The translations under genes were made by a program, and so were the position numbers. Positions 45,202 through 54,371 of a stretch of DNA of 64,000 nt are shown here, piece by piece. A model generated the notes under the pieces. The model searched no databases. It worked only from the letters and a program-made list of their open reading frames with translations, and was not told where the DNA came from. Position 1 is the first letter of the stretch; each line of letters opens with the position of its first letter. This DNA comes from Beijerinckiaceae bacterium (GTDB lineage Bacteria > Pseudomonadota > Alphaproteobacteria > Rhizobiales > Beijerinckiaceae): positions 8,456 to 72,455 of the forward strand of contig DAIOGK010000017.1 in assembly GCA_036745275.1 (NCBI GenBank), given 5' to 3'.

Positions 45202-45623
45202 TGCGGGCCCGGGGAGCCTTCGTGGTTCTCTGTACCCTGACGGGGGCGGCATTGGCCGATTCCCCGTCCATTCCGCGCTGGGACCCTCCGGCTGCGGCCC
45301 GTTGCGATGATTTCGACCACCCGGACCGGGTGGTCGAGGCGATCGGTGCCACAAAATCCTGTCGCGCGGCGACGGAGATCTACTTCCGCTGCGAAGCCCG
45401 TTGGGACAACAACCCCGACATGGAGCAGATTGCAGTCAGTCGCTGCGAGGATGATTTCCAGCCGCGCATCAGCGCCGCGCGTTACGAACGCTACGAAATC
45501 CTGCGGGATGAGGCTTGCGTCGAGCGCTATCAGGCCAAAGACATGCGCATCCTGTGGTCCGCCGTCCGCGCCTGCCGAGTGCGCCTCGCCCGCGATTGGG
45601 CGAAACGGTATGCAAAACCGTGA
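45201..45623 (+). CDS. Hypothetical secreted Cys-rich protein (140 aa)
   Basis: Signal-like MRARGAFVVLCTLTGAALA and six Cys in the mature part. Its ATG shares a base with the glpX TGA (TGATG). Confidence 0.5.
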   Translation: MRARGAFVVLCTLTGAALADSPSIPRWDPPAAARCDDFDHPDRVVEAIGATKSCRAATEIYFRCEARWDNNPDMEQIAVSRCEDDFQPRISAARYERYEILRDEACVERYQAKDMRILWSAVRACRVRLARDWAKRYAKP

Positions 45624-46277
45624 TCAGCCCCTGACGAAGGGGTTCGATGCCTTTTCCTCTCCCACCGTGGTCGCAGGGCCATGGCCGGGAAGGCAGATCG
45701 TCTCGTCGGGCAGTTTATAGAGCTTGTCCTTGATACCCTTCATGAGGGCATCGTGGTCACAACCGGGCAGATCCGTGCGGCCCACCGAGCCCTGAAAGAT
45801 GACATCGCCGACAAAAGCAATTGGCGCCTGACGGCAAACCAGCACCACGGACCCAGGCGAATGCCCAGGAATGAACAGCACATCGAAAGTGAGGTCGCCG
45901 ACGGTGACCGTATCGCCTTCCTCAAGATAGCGGTCGGACCATGCGTCCTGCATTCCGTCGATACTATACATCTTGCCCTGCTGGGCGATCCGCTCCAGCA
46001 GCGGCTTGTCGGCGATATGCGGCCCCTCGACCGGCAGTTTCAGCGCGGCCACAAGCTCGGCGACACCACCGGCATGGTCGAGATGGCCATGGGTCAGGAT
46101 GATCTTCTCCACATCCACGCCGAATTTCTTCACCGCCTCCAGAATGGCCGGAACGTCGCCGCCCGGGTCAATGATCGCAGCCTTGTTCGTCGCCGTGCAT
46201 TTCAGGATGGCGCAATTCTGCTGAAAGGGCGTGACAGGGACGATCCCGATCTGGAGCGGCGGCTGGGGAGCGGACAT
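45624..46277 (-). CDS. MBL-fold metallo-hydrolase (glyoxalase II-like)
   Basis: ILTHGHLDHAGG motif. Start trimmed to MSAPQPP (46277). Confidence 0.85.
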   Translation of the reverse strand: MSAPQPPLQIGIVPVTPFQQNCAILKCTATNKAAIIDPGGDVPAILEAVKKFGVDVEKIILTHGHLDHAGGVAELVAALKLPVEGPHIADKPLLERIAQQGKMYSIDGMQDAWSDRYLEEGDTVTVGDLTFDVLFIPGHSPGSVVLVCRQAPIAFVGDVIFQGSVGRTDLPGCDHDALMKGIKDKLYKLPDETICLPGHGPATTVGEEKASNPFVRG

Positions 46278-46384
46278 GAAACCTCTCGACGAAATCAGAA
46301 CATTGCGGATGATAGGCCGGATACGCGGGTTAGGGCGCAGTGTCGAGCCTATCACGACGCGCGTCCTCATCTCATAATACCCCG

Positions 46385-48172
46385 ATGTCCGAATCGTTCC
46401 GCCCATTTCTCGATGTCGCAAATTCGTTTCAGGGCCGCCGATGGGCCGCACGGCTTGATGAGGCTGGCCAGCGCGAGGCGCTGATCATGGTTCAGGCCCA
46501 CGGCCTCGGTGACGTTCTGGCCCGTGTGCTGGCCGGGCGCGGCATTGCCGCCAGCGAGGCCGCGCGCTTTCTCGCGCCGCGCCTGCGGGATGCCATGCCT
46601 GATCCCGATACCTTGCAAGATATGCCCCGTGCCGCCGAGCGGCTGGCCGATGCGGTCCGTGCCCGCGAGAATGTCGCGATTTTTGGCGATTATGACGTGG
46701 ATGGCGCCTGTTCCTCGGTGCTGCTCGCGACATGGCTCGAAGCCGGGGGCGCGAGAACGCGCATCCATATCCCGGACCGGATTTTTGAAGGCTACGGCCC
46801 CAACATCGATGCCATCCGCGCGTTGCGCGAAGGCGGGGCGAGCCTGCTGGTCTGCGTCGATTGTGGCACGGCGAGCCACGAGCCGCTGGCCGAGGCGCGC
46901 CGCCTTGGCATGGATGTGATCGTGCTTGATCATCATCAGGCGCCCGAAACCTTGCCCGAAGTGACGGCTCTGGTGAACCCCAACCGGCAGGATGATCTGT
47001 CCGGCCTTGGCAGCCTTTGCGCGGCGGGCGTCACCTTCATGGCGGCGGTGGCGGCCAATCGTCTGTTGCGCCGCGAAGGCAGGGGCGAGGTCGATCTTGT
47101 CGCGATGCTCGATCTGGTGGCGCTGGCCACCGTGGCCGATGTCGTGCCGTTGCAGGGGCTCAACCGCGCGTTTGTGGCGCAGGGGCTGAAGGTGATGCGC
47201 GAGCGTGGGCGGCCGGGATTGGCCGCGCTGTTCGATATCGCGCGGCTCGACCGCCCGCCGGAAGCCTGGCACCTCGGCTTTCTCGTCGGCCCGCGCATCA
47301 ATGCCGGCGGGCGCATCGGCGATGCTGCCATGGGTGCCCGGCTCCTGAAAACACAAGACGAAACCGAGGCTCGCGCGCTCGCGCAGCGGCTCGATGAATT
47401 GAACCGCGAGCGGCAGGCCGTGGAACAGGGTATGCTGGCCGAAGCGGAAGCCCAGGCGCTGGCATTGGTCGGGCTGGCGGAAGATCAGGGCGCGGTACTC
47501 GTCACGGCTGATGCAGGGTTTCACCCCGGCGTCGTCGGACTTGTCGCCGCACGGCTGAAAGAGCGGTTCCAGCGCCCGGCCTTCGCCATCGCGATTCAGG
47601 AAAACGGGCTGGCGACCGGCTCCGGTCGCTCCATTCCTGGCGTTGATCTTGGCAAGGCGGTGCGGACGGCTGTTGAGAACGGCTTGCTCGTCAAGGGCGG
47701 CGGCCACGCCATGGCTGCGGGAATTACGGTGCGCACCGGCGAAATCGAGGCATTCCGCACCTACCTTGAGGAGTCCATGGGCGCTGCGGTCGCGGCGGCG
47801 CGGGCGGGCGCGGCGCTGAAGATCGATGCCGCAATGACGCCGGCCTCCGCGACTCTCGATCTCATGAGTGAAATCGAATCAGCAGGGCCATTCGGGCAGG
47901 GGAATCCCGAACCGGTCTTCGCATTTCCGGCCGTGCGCATTGTCGAAGCGTTTGAGGTGGGGCAGGGGCATCTGAAACTGCGGCTCATGGGCGGTGATGG
48001 CGCCCGGCTCGGCGGGGTCGCCTTTCGTGCTGTCGGCCAGCCGTTGGGCCAGGCCTTGCTGAAGGCGAAAGGGGAAAAGGTCCATATCTGCGGGCATCTG
48101 GCCGTGGATCGCTGGGGCGGGCGTGAAAACCTCGAACTCCGCATCAGCGACGCCGCGCCGGCTCGGGGGTGA
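46385..48172 (+). CDS. recJ: Single-stranded-DNA-specific exonuclease RecJ
   Basis: DHH motifs (IFGDYDVDG, VDCG, LDHH) and DHHA1 (GGGHAMAAG). Confidence 0.92.
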   Translation: MSESFRPFLDVANSFQGRRWAARLDEAGQREALIMVQAHGLGDVLARVLAGRGIAASEAARFLAPRLRDAMPDPDTLQDMPRAAERLADAVRARENVAIFGDYDVDGACSSVLLATWLEAGGARTRIHIPDRIFEGYGPNIDAIRALREGGASLLVCVDCGTASHEPLAEARRLGMDVIVLDHHQAPETLPEVTALVNPNRQDDLSGLGSLCAAGVTFMAAVAANRLLRREGRGEVDLVAMLDLVALATVADVVPLQGLNRAFVAQGLKVMRERGRPGLAALFDIARLDRPPEAWHLGFLVGPRINAGGRIGDAAMGARLLKTQDETEARALAQRLDELNRERQAVEQGMLAEAEAQALALVGLAEDQGAVLVTADAGFHPGVVGLVAARLKERFQRPAFAIAIQENGLATGSGRSIPGVDLGKAVRTAVENGLLVKGGGHAMAAGITVRTGEIEAFRTYLEESMGAAVAAARAGAALKIDAAMTPASATLDLMSEIESAGPFGQGNPEPVFAFPAVRIVEAFEVGQGHLKLRLMGGDGARLGGVAFRAVGQPLGQALLKAKGEKVHICGHLAVDRWGGRENLELRISDAAPARG

Positions 48173-48230
48173 TTCACGCCGCCGGGGATTTGCAATCGGT
48201 ACGGTGCCGAAAAATTTCCACCGAAGGCGC

Positions 48231-48258
48231 TTGCTCCCCGGCGCTTCACCGACTATGA
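48231..48258 (+). promoter_or_regulatory. Candidate promoter of tRNA-Glu
   Basis: TTGCTC, 16 nt, CTATGA, about 28 nt upstream of the tRNA 5' end. An A/T tract lies just upstream. Confidence 0.35.
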
Positions 48259-48286
48259 GGGGCTTCCGCGAAGCCTGCTTCGCGCC

Positions 48287-48361
48287 GCGCTCTTCGTCTA
48301 TCGGTTAGGACAGCCGCCTTTCACGCAGCAGAGACGGGTTCGACTCCCGTAGAGCGCGCCA
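48287..48361 (+). tRNA. tRNA-Glu (anticodon UUC), CCA encoded
   Basis: Hand-folded. Acceptor GCGCTCT/AGAGCGC, D arm GTCT…GGAC, anticodon loop CTTTCAC, T arm ACGGG-TTCGACT-CCCGT, discriminator G plus CCA. One C.A mismatch in the anticodon stem. Confidence 0.85.
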
Positions 48362-48364
48362 CAC

Positions 48365-49126
48365 TCACACCCAGCCGCCATCCACCACGTATTGCTGGTT
48401 CGTGCAGGCACCTGATTCGTCCGAAGCAAAGAACAGCGTCGCCCGTGCGATGTCATCGGGCACGAGATGCCGCTTGAGGCACTGGCGTCGCATGAGTTCG
48501 GCTTCACCATCCGGCGTCAGCCACAGATCCTTCTGCCGCTGCGTCATGATCCAGCCCGGCGCAATCGCGTTGACCCGGATGTTGTATTGGCCGAAATCGC
48601 GGGCCAGCGAGCGCGTCAGCCCGAGAATGGCCGATTTTGCCGCCGTATAGGCTGCCATGCCGCCCTGGCCGATCATCCAGGACGTGGAGCCGAAATTGAT
48701 GATCGAGCCGCCGCCGCCCGCCATCATGTCGGGCAGAACGGCCTGGGCAGCGAAGAACTTGTGCTTGAGATTGACGGCAATGCGCTCGTCCCAATATTCC
48801 GGCGTCACGTCGAGCGTTGCATGGCGCTCGTCATGGGCGGCGTTGTTGATGAGCACGCCGACCGGCCCGAGTGCCGCGCGGATATTGCCGATGGCGCTGC
48901 GCAGGGCGGCGATATCGGTCAGGTCCGCGCGCTCGTAGTGGACGGTCGCGCCTTCAGCCTGGAGCGCCGCCGCCAGCGCGCGCGATTCGCTCTCCTTCAG
49001 GTCGATGAACCCGACGCGCGAACCCTGCGCGGTAAAGCGCCGGACAATGGCCTCGCCGATGCCGCTGCCACCGCCGGTGACCAGCACCACCTTGCCCTTG
49101 AGATCAGGATAAATCGCGCCACGCAT
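48365..49126 (-). CDS. Short-chain dehydrogenase/reductase (SDR)
   Basis: VTGGGSGIGEAI, NNAA, YTAAKSA catalytic motif. Start at MRGAIYPD (49126, GGAGGG SD). Confidence 0.85.
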   Translation of the reverse strand: MRGAIYPDLKGKVVLVTGGGSGIGEAIVRRFTAQGSRVGFIDLKESESRALAAALQAEGATVHYERADLTDIAALRSAIGNIRAALGPVGVLINNAAHDERHATLDVTPEYWDERIAVNLKHKFFAAQAVLPDMMAGGGGSIINFGSTSWMIGQGGMAAYTAAKSAILGLTRSLARDFGQYNIRVNAIAPGWIMTQRQKDLWLTPDGEAELMRRQCLKRHLVPDDIARATLFFASDESGACTNQQYVVDGGWV

Positions 49127-49192
49127 GAATGCCCTCCAATGTTGGTCTGTCGTAACACGGAATGCCGGGCCTGCGTGCATCCCGTCCGAGAT

Positions 49193-49867
49193 TCAGTCGG
49201 TCATATCCGGAAGTTGCCGCACGACATAGCGCAGCACGACATCGACTACCTCGGCCCGGCGCAACACCAGTTCAGCCTTGTCGGCCATGTCGTGCTTGAA
49301 AACCTCCCGGATCGAATGCCGGTTCGAGACATTGTAGAAACCGAGTGCCGAAATGGTGAGATGGATGTGCAGCGGATCAAGCCCGGAGCGGAAATCGCCC
49401 GTTGCGACTCCTCGGTCATAGAGATCCCGCAACAGTTGAATTGCCGACAGGTTGACCTTGTTGAGAGCCTCAAGGCGGCGCAGATGGCGGCCTTGATGGA
49501 TATTCTCCACCATCACGAGGCGGACGAAATCGGAGTTCTGGGCGTGATAGTCGAAGGTGACTTCGACCAGACGCCGCAACGCATTGACGGGAGAAAGGGC
49601 CGCAAGGTCCAGCGCCAGCTCCGCTGAACGCATTCCGGCATAGGCTTCCTCAAGGACGGCGAGGTAGAGCCCTTCCTTGTCGCCAAAATAGTAGTAGATC
49701 ATGCGCTTGCTGGTGGCAGTGCGTGCGGCGATCTCGTCTACGCGCCCCCCGCTCAGCCCGTTCCGGGCAAATTCGTCGCGGGCGACGTCGAGAATATTGC
49801 GGCGCACCCCTTCCGGATCCTGTGTCCAAGTGTTCGCCTTGCGTCTCGAAACCCGGCGTTCGCCCAT
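49193..49867 (-). CDS. TetR/AcrR-family transcriptional regulator
   Basis: N-terminal HTH: ILDVARDEFARNGLSGGRVDEIAARTATSKRMIYYYFGDKEGLY. Confidence 0.85.
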   Translation of the reverse strand: MGERRVSRRKANTWTQDPEGVRRNILDVARDEFARNGLSGGRVDEIAARTATSKRMIYYYFGDKEGLYLAVLEEAYAGMRSAELALDLAALSPVNALRRLVEVTFDYHAQNSDFVRLVMVENIHQGRHLRRLEALNKVNLSAIQLLRDLYDRGVATGDFRSGLDPLHIHLTISALGFYNVSNRHSIREVFKHDMADKAELVLRRAEVVDVVLRYVVRQLPDMTD

Positions 49868-50068
49868 TCACGCGCTCCCTTTACCTCTGAGTATCGCAAA
49901 TCACCGGCGGATGTCAGCATTCTCCCCACCGGAATTTTGCGGGTGCCCCCGACCCGTCACTCAAATTGTACCATAGAGTTAAGATTGCGACTGACAACAG
50001 CGTTTCGTTGGTGCATGAAACGGGGGAGGGCAGATGTCTAATCGGGGCGCGTCCCGCGAGGCAAGACG

Positions 50069-50914
50069 ATGAGCACACCGACGATTACCGGCAACACGGC
50101 GCTGATTGCGCATATCGGCTACCCGACCAGCACCTTCAAGGCGCCGATGATTTATAACCCGCACTTCCGGAAGTTCGGGATTGATGCGGTCGTGGTGCCG
50201 ATGGGCGTGCCGGCGGATGCCTTCCATGCGGCGTTTCCGGTGATTACGGGCTTCACGAACTTTCACGGCGCCCTGATCACCATGCCGCACAAGGTCAGCG
50301 TGGTGGAAACACTCGATCGCGTATCAACGGCGGTGAAGATTGCCGGTGCGTGCAATGCTGTCCGCCGCGCGGCGGATGGCGCACTCGAAGGCGACCTCTT
50401 CGATGGTGAGGGCTTTGTGCGCGGTGTGCGCCGCAAGGGCTGTGTGCTGGAAGATGCGCAGGCGCTTGTGGTGGGCGCGGGCGGCGTCGGTTCGGCCATC
50501 GCAGCATCGCTTGCCGGTGCGGGGCTGACCGGGCTGGCGCTGTACGATGTGAACACGTCGGCTGTGGAAGGGCTGGCGGGGCGCCTGCGGACGTTTTACC
50601 CAAATCTGCGCGTCACCACCGGCAGCAAGGATCCCGCGGGGCAGGATCTTGTCGTCAACGCAACCCCTCTCGGCATGAACAAGGGCGACCCGATGCCGAT
50701 GGATGTGGACCGCATCGCACCGACCACCTTTGTGGGCGAGGTGGTGATGAAGCAGGAGATGACTGCGTTCCTCGACGCAGCGAAAGCGCGCGGCTGCCGG
50801 GTTCAGGTGGGCGTGGACATGCTGTTCGAGCAGATCCCGGCCTATCTTGAATTCTTCGGCTACCCGACGACCACGGCAGAAGAGCTGCGCACGACGGCGG
50901 AAATCAAATACTGA
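50069..50914 (+). CDS. Shikimate/quinate dehydrogenase family protein
   Basis: …IGYPTSTFKAPMIYNPHF…ITMPHK…VVGAGGVGSAIA…NATPLGM. Confidence 0.8.
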   Translation: MSTPTITGNTALIAHIGYPTSTFKAPMIYNPHFRKFGIDAVVVPMGVPADAFHAAFPVITGFTNFHGALITMPHKVSVVETLDRVSTAVKIAGACNAVRRAADGALEGDLFDGEGFVRGVRRKGCVLEDAQALVVGAGGVGSAIAASLAGAGLTGLALYDVNTSAVEGLAGRLRTFYPNLRVTTGSKDPAGQDLVVNATPLGMNKGDPMPMDVDRIAPTTFVGEVVMKQEMTAFLDAAKARGCRVQVGVDMLFEQIPAYLEFFGYPTTTAEELRTTAEIKY

Positions 50915-51230
50915 AATCGTTGGCGGGCGGGATCGTCACCTCCAACCCGTCATAATCGTCGCTCCAGATGATCTGGCAGGCCAGACGTGTGCAATCCGTG
51001 ACATTTGTCAATTCATCGAGCTTGTCTTCTTCATCCGCCGTGCGCGGATGAAGGTCGTCACGCCAGCGGGCAGCCACTTCAACGCGGCACTCGCCACAAC
51101 TGGCGGCACCGCCGCACTCCGACCCGATCTCCACACCATAGTCGCGGATGATCTCCATCAGCCGCCAACCCTCGGCGGCCTCCAGCTCATGCCGCTGCCC
51201 TTTGGCGTCGGTGACGGTGACTGTGCTCAT
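50904..51230 (-). CDS. 2Fe-2S ferredoxin (adrenodoxin/putidaredoxin type)
   Basis: C-x5-C-x2-C (CGGAASCGEC) plus a distal Cys (LACQ). 108 aa. Confidence 0.85.
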   Translation of the reverse strand: MSTVTVTDAKGQRHELEAAEGWRLMEIIRDYGVEIGSECGGAASCGECRVEVAARWRDDLHPRTADEEDKLDELTNVTDCTRLACQIIWSDDYDGLEVTIPPANDFSI

Positions 51231-51315
51231 CTGACAAATCCGAAAAATGGAATATGTCCGTTCACCACGCGCGAACGGACATTGCCTTGATCAGGATCAA
51301 TGGAGGGGCAGGGGG

Positions 51316-52812
51316 TTACCCGGCGCGGCGCCACATCATCGGGCCGAGGATATGCATGGATGCGCCGGTCGCATCCACCGCCACGGTCACGGGCATATCC
51401 TCGACCACGAATTCGTGAATCGCTTCCATGCCCAAATCGTCAAAGGCCAGAACCCTTGAGGACTTGATGGCCTTGGACACCAGATACGCCGCGCCGCCGA
51501 CCGCGATGAGGTAGGCCGCCTTGTGCTTCTTGATGGCCTCAATGGCTTCCGGCCCGCGTTCAGCCTTGCCGATCATCACAGCAAGCCCGGTCTTGTCCAG
51601 CATAAGATCAGTGAAACGGTCCATGCGGGTCGAGGTCGTGGGGCCGGCCGGGCCGACAGCCTCGTCGCGCACAGCATCCACCGGGCCGACGTAGTAGATG
51701 GCACGGCCGTTGAAATCGACCGGCGGCTTTTCCCCCGCTGCGATCATCTTTGCCATGCGGGCATGGGCAGCATCGCGCCCGGTCAGCAAATGGCCGGAAA
51801 CCAGCAGCGTCTCGCCGGCTTTCCACGAAGCAACATCCTCACGCGTCATCGTGTCGAGATTGACGCGGCGAACATTGGCGCCGGAACCTTCCAGCACCAC
51901 TTTTGGCCAGAGGTCGATCGACGGCGGCGTCAGCTTCACCGGGCCGGAGCCGTCGAGCACGAAATGGGCATGACGATCCGCCGCGCATTGCGGCACAAGG
52001 CCGACGGGTTTGGATGCCGCATGGGTCGGATAGGTCAGGATTTTCACATCGAGAACGGTGGACAGCCCGCCAAGCCCCTGCGCGCCGATGCCCAGCGCAT
52101 TGACCTTTTCGTAAAGTTCGATGCGCAGCTCTTCGAGCTTTGAGGCGGGGCCGCGGGCCAGAAGTTCCGGCATGTCGATGGGGGCGAGCAGCGATTTTTT
52201 GGCCAGCAGCAGCGCCTTTTCCGGTGAGCCGCCAACGCCGAGGCCGAGCAGGCCGGGCGGACACCAGCCTGCTCCCATGGCTTCCACGGATTTCAGCACC
52301 CATGAAACGATATCGTCGCTCGGTTCCAGCGCTGCAAACTTGGCCTTGTTTTCGGAGCCGCCGCCCTTGGCTGCGACATGAACATCGATCTTGTCACCAG
52401 CGACAATCTCCACCGTCAGCATGGCCGGCGTGTTGTCGCGCGTATTCTTGCGCTCAAAGATCGGGTCTGCGACGACCGAAGCGCGCAGCGGGTTTTCCTC
52501 GCGCTTCCAGGAGAGACGGACGGCTTCGTCCACAAGATCCTGCAAGGAGCGCTTTGTTTCGATGCGGGCGCCGACACCGACCTGCATGAAGACCTGCGCG
52601 GTGCCGGTATCCTGACACATCGGCCGCTTGCCGATGGCCGCCATGCGTGAGTTCACGAGAATCTGCGCCATTGCGTTTTTGGCCGCCGGGCTTTCCTCGC
52701 GCCCGTAGGCGGCGGCGAGGCTCTCGATATAGTCAGCCGGATGGTAGCAGGCAATGTACTGCAAGGCGTCGGCAAGGCTCTCGATCAGGTCCTGTTCGCG
52801 GATAATGGTCAC
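51316..52812 (-). CDS. Class I (Fe-S) fumarate hydratase, fused alpha/beta type
   Basis: …CQDTGTAQVF…AKGGGSENK…GPTTSTRMD… Both candidate starts are GTG. I prefer 52812 (GGGAGA SD) over 52863. Confidence 0.88.
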   Translation of the reverse strand: MTIIREQDLIESLADALQYIACYHPADYIESLAAAYGREESPAAKNAMAQILVNSRMAAIGKRPMCQDTGTAQVFMQVGVGARIETKRSLQDLVDEAVRLSWKREENPLRASVVADPIFERKNTRDNTPAMLTVEIVAGDKIDVHVAAKGGGSENKAKFAALEPSDDIVSWVLKSVEAMGAGWCPPGLLGLGVGGSPEKALLLAKKSLLAPIDMPELLARGPASKLEELRIELYEKVNALGIGAQGLGGLSTVLDVKILTYPTHAASKPVGLVPQCAADRHAHFVLDGSGPVKLTPPSIDLWPKVVLEGSGANVRRVNLDTMTREDVASWKAGETLLVSGHLLTGRDAAHARMAKMIAAGEKPPVDFNGRAIYYVGPVDAVRDEAVGPAGPTTSTRMDRFTDLMLDKTGLAVMIGKAERGPEAIEAIKKHKAAYLIAVGGAAYLVSKAIKSSRVLAFDDLGMEAIHEFVVEDMPVTVAVDATGASMHILGPMMWRRAG

Positions 52813-52908
52813 GTCTGTCTCCCGGGGCGAAAAGTCGCATTTCCTTAGCGCCTGATCGCGCACATGGGAACCATGCCGTTAGGATAGGGGCGATAGCGTC
52901 TGGCCATC

Positions 52909-54366
52909 TCAGCGTTCCTTCAGCGCCTCGGATGTCGTGCGCGAAATCGGCGACAGGAAATAGTCGATGATCCGCCGTGTCTCGGTAATGATCTCGGCGG
53001 TCACGGTCATGCCGGCAGCCAGCGGCACAGCGATGCCGTCGATCACCATCCGAGGGTCGGACAGCGCGACGGTGACGGGAAAAACGAAGCTTTGCGGCTG
53101 GCCCGGCGCAGCAGCGCTGCCCGCAGGGCCCGAAGCTGTGGCATTGGCCTGGCTGCGCCGGGCTTCTCCCTCCTCGATGGCTTCGCCGGCGATGCGCGTG
53201 ACGGTGCCGCGCAATGTGCCATAGCGGGTGAAATTGAAGGCATCCACCTTCACTGCTACCGATTGACCCAGCCGGATAAAGCCAATGTCCTTGTTGGAAA
53301 TGAAGATTTCCACCTGAAGTGGTGCGCCGTCCGGCACGATGGTCATCAGTTGCTGCCCGGTCGTCACCACCTGTCCGACGGTCGTCACAGCCAGTTGCTG
53401 CACGGTGCCATTGATGGGCGCAGTAAGGCGGAGCTGGTCGAGCCGCGCGGTCGCCTTGGCAACATACTGGGACAGTTCGTCCCGCTTTTTCTCCGCTTCG
53501 GCGAGCTTCAGCGTCTGTTCGGCCGTGAACTGCGAGATCATGCGGGCCCGTTGCGCGCCGAGTTCCGCGATGCTGGCGTCCACTTCGGCGAGCTGCCCAC
53601 GGTCGCTCGCAAGCTGGGCCCGCGAGCGTTCGAGCGATTCGAGCGCATCGAACAGGTTGATCTTGGTTCCCACCGACAGGTTGAGTGATTGCTGGCGCAC
53701 ATCGACGCGGCTTTCGAGGGTCGAGAGCAGGGTCGTCTGGTGGCTGATGCTGGCTTCCAGCCGTTCGCGTGAGGCGCGTTTTTGCGCCACCTGCTTGTCG
53801 TTATAGACCAAGGCATCGCCGAGCGTATCGAGATCGGCAATGAGGACCGCAGTCTCCCTGAGGCGCAGCGTCTCCGGCGTATCGGTGGGAAAGGCTATGG
53901 CGGGCGGCGTCGCGTTGGGCAGGGTGGCGGCCCCAAGCAACGCAGCGCGCCGCCGGGCCGCCTCCGCGCCGGCGGTTGCGAGTTGCTCGGCCTGAAGGCG
54001 CGCATCCGCCTGCGCTTCGGTATCCTCGATCTGCACCAGAAGATCACCGGCCTGCACCTTGGTGCCATTGGCGACAGCGACGGTGCGCACACGGCCCGGT
54101 TCCAGCGGCTGGACCACCTTCGAACGCCCCGCCGTTTCGATCTTGCCGAGACCGACCGCATGAATCTCCATCCTGCCGACAAAGGCCCAGACGAGCGCAA
54201 CGGTGACAAAGGCACAGAGCGTCAGCAGGATCGCGACCGGCAGGGGGGAGGCGGGCGTCTCGACGATCTCCAGCGCCGAGGGCAGGAATTCGAGATCCTC
54301 ATTGCTGATCTGCCGCTGGCTCTTCTGCTGTGCTTCCGGCTGTGTGTCGCGCTCGGGTTCCGACAT
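52909..54366 (-). CDS. HlyD-family type I secretion membrane-fusion protein
   Basis: N-terminal TM, a long coiled-coil and a lipoyl/beta-barrel C-terminus (…TAPINGTVQQLAVTTVGQVVTTGQQLMTIVP…). Confidence 0.9.
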   Translation of the reverse strand: MSEPERDTQPEAQQKSQRQISNEDLEFLPSALEIVETPASPLPVAILLTLCAFVTVALVWAFVGRMEIHAVGLGKIETAGRSKVVQPLEPGRVRTVAVANGTKVQAGDLLVQIEDTEAQADARLQAEQLATAGAEAARRRAALLGAATLPNATPPAIAFPTDTPETLRLRETAVLIADLDTLGDALVYNDKQVAQKRASRERLEASISHQTTLLSTLESRVDVRQQSLNLSVGTKINLFDALESLERSRAQLASDRGQLAEVDASIAELGAQRARMISQFTAEQTLKLAEAEKKRDELSQYVAKATARLDQLRLTAPINGTVQQLAVTTVGQVVTTGQQLMTIVPDGAPLQVEIFISNKDIGFIRLGQSVAVKVDAFNFTRYGTLRGTVTRIAGEAIEEGEARRSQANATASGPAGSAAAPGQPQSFVFPVTVALSDPRMVIDGIAVPLAAGMTVTAEIITETRRIIDYFLSPISRTTSEALKER

Positions 54367-54371
54367 CGCTC

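Noticed and set aside
44140-45354. 404-aa - strand ORF
   Set aside because: Antisense to glpX and the coupled downstream ORF.
46367-47707. 446-aa - strand ORF
   Set aside because: Antisense to recJ, whose DHH/DHHA1 motifs are on the + strand.
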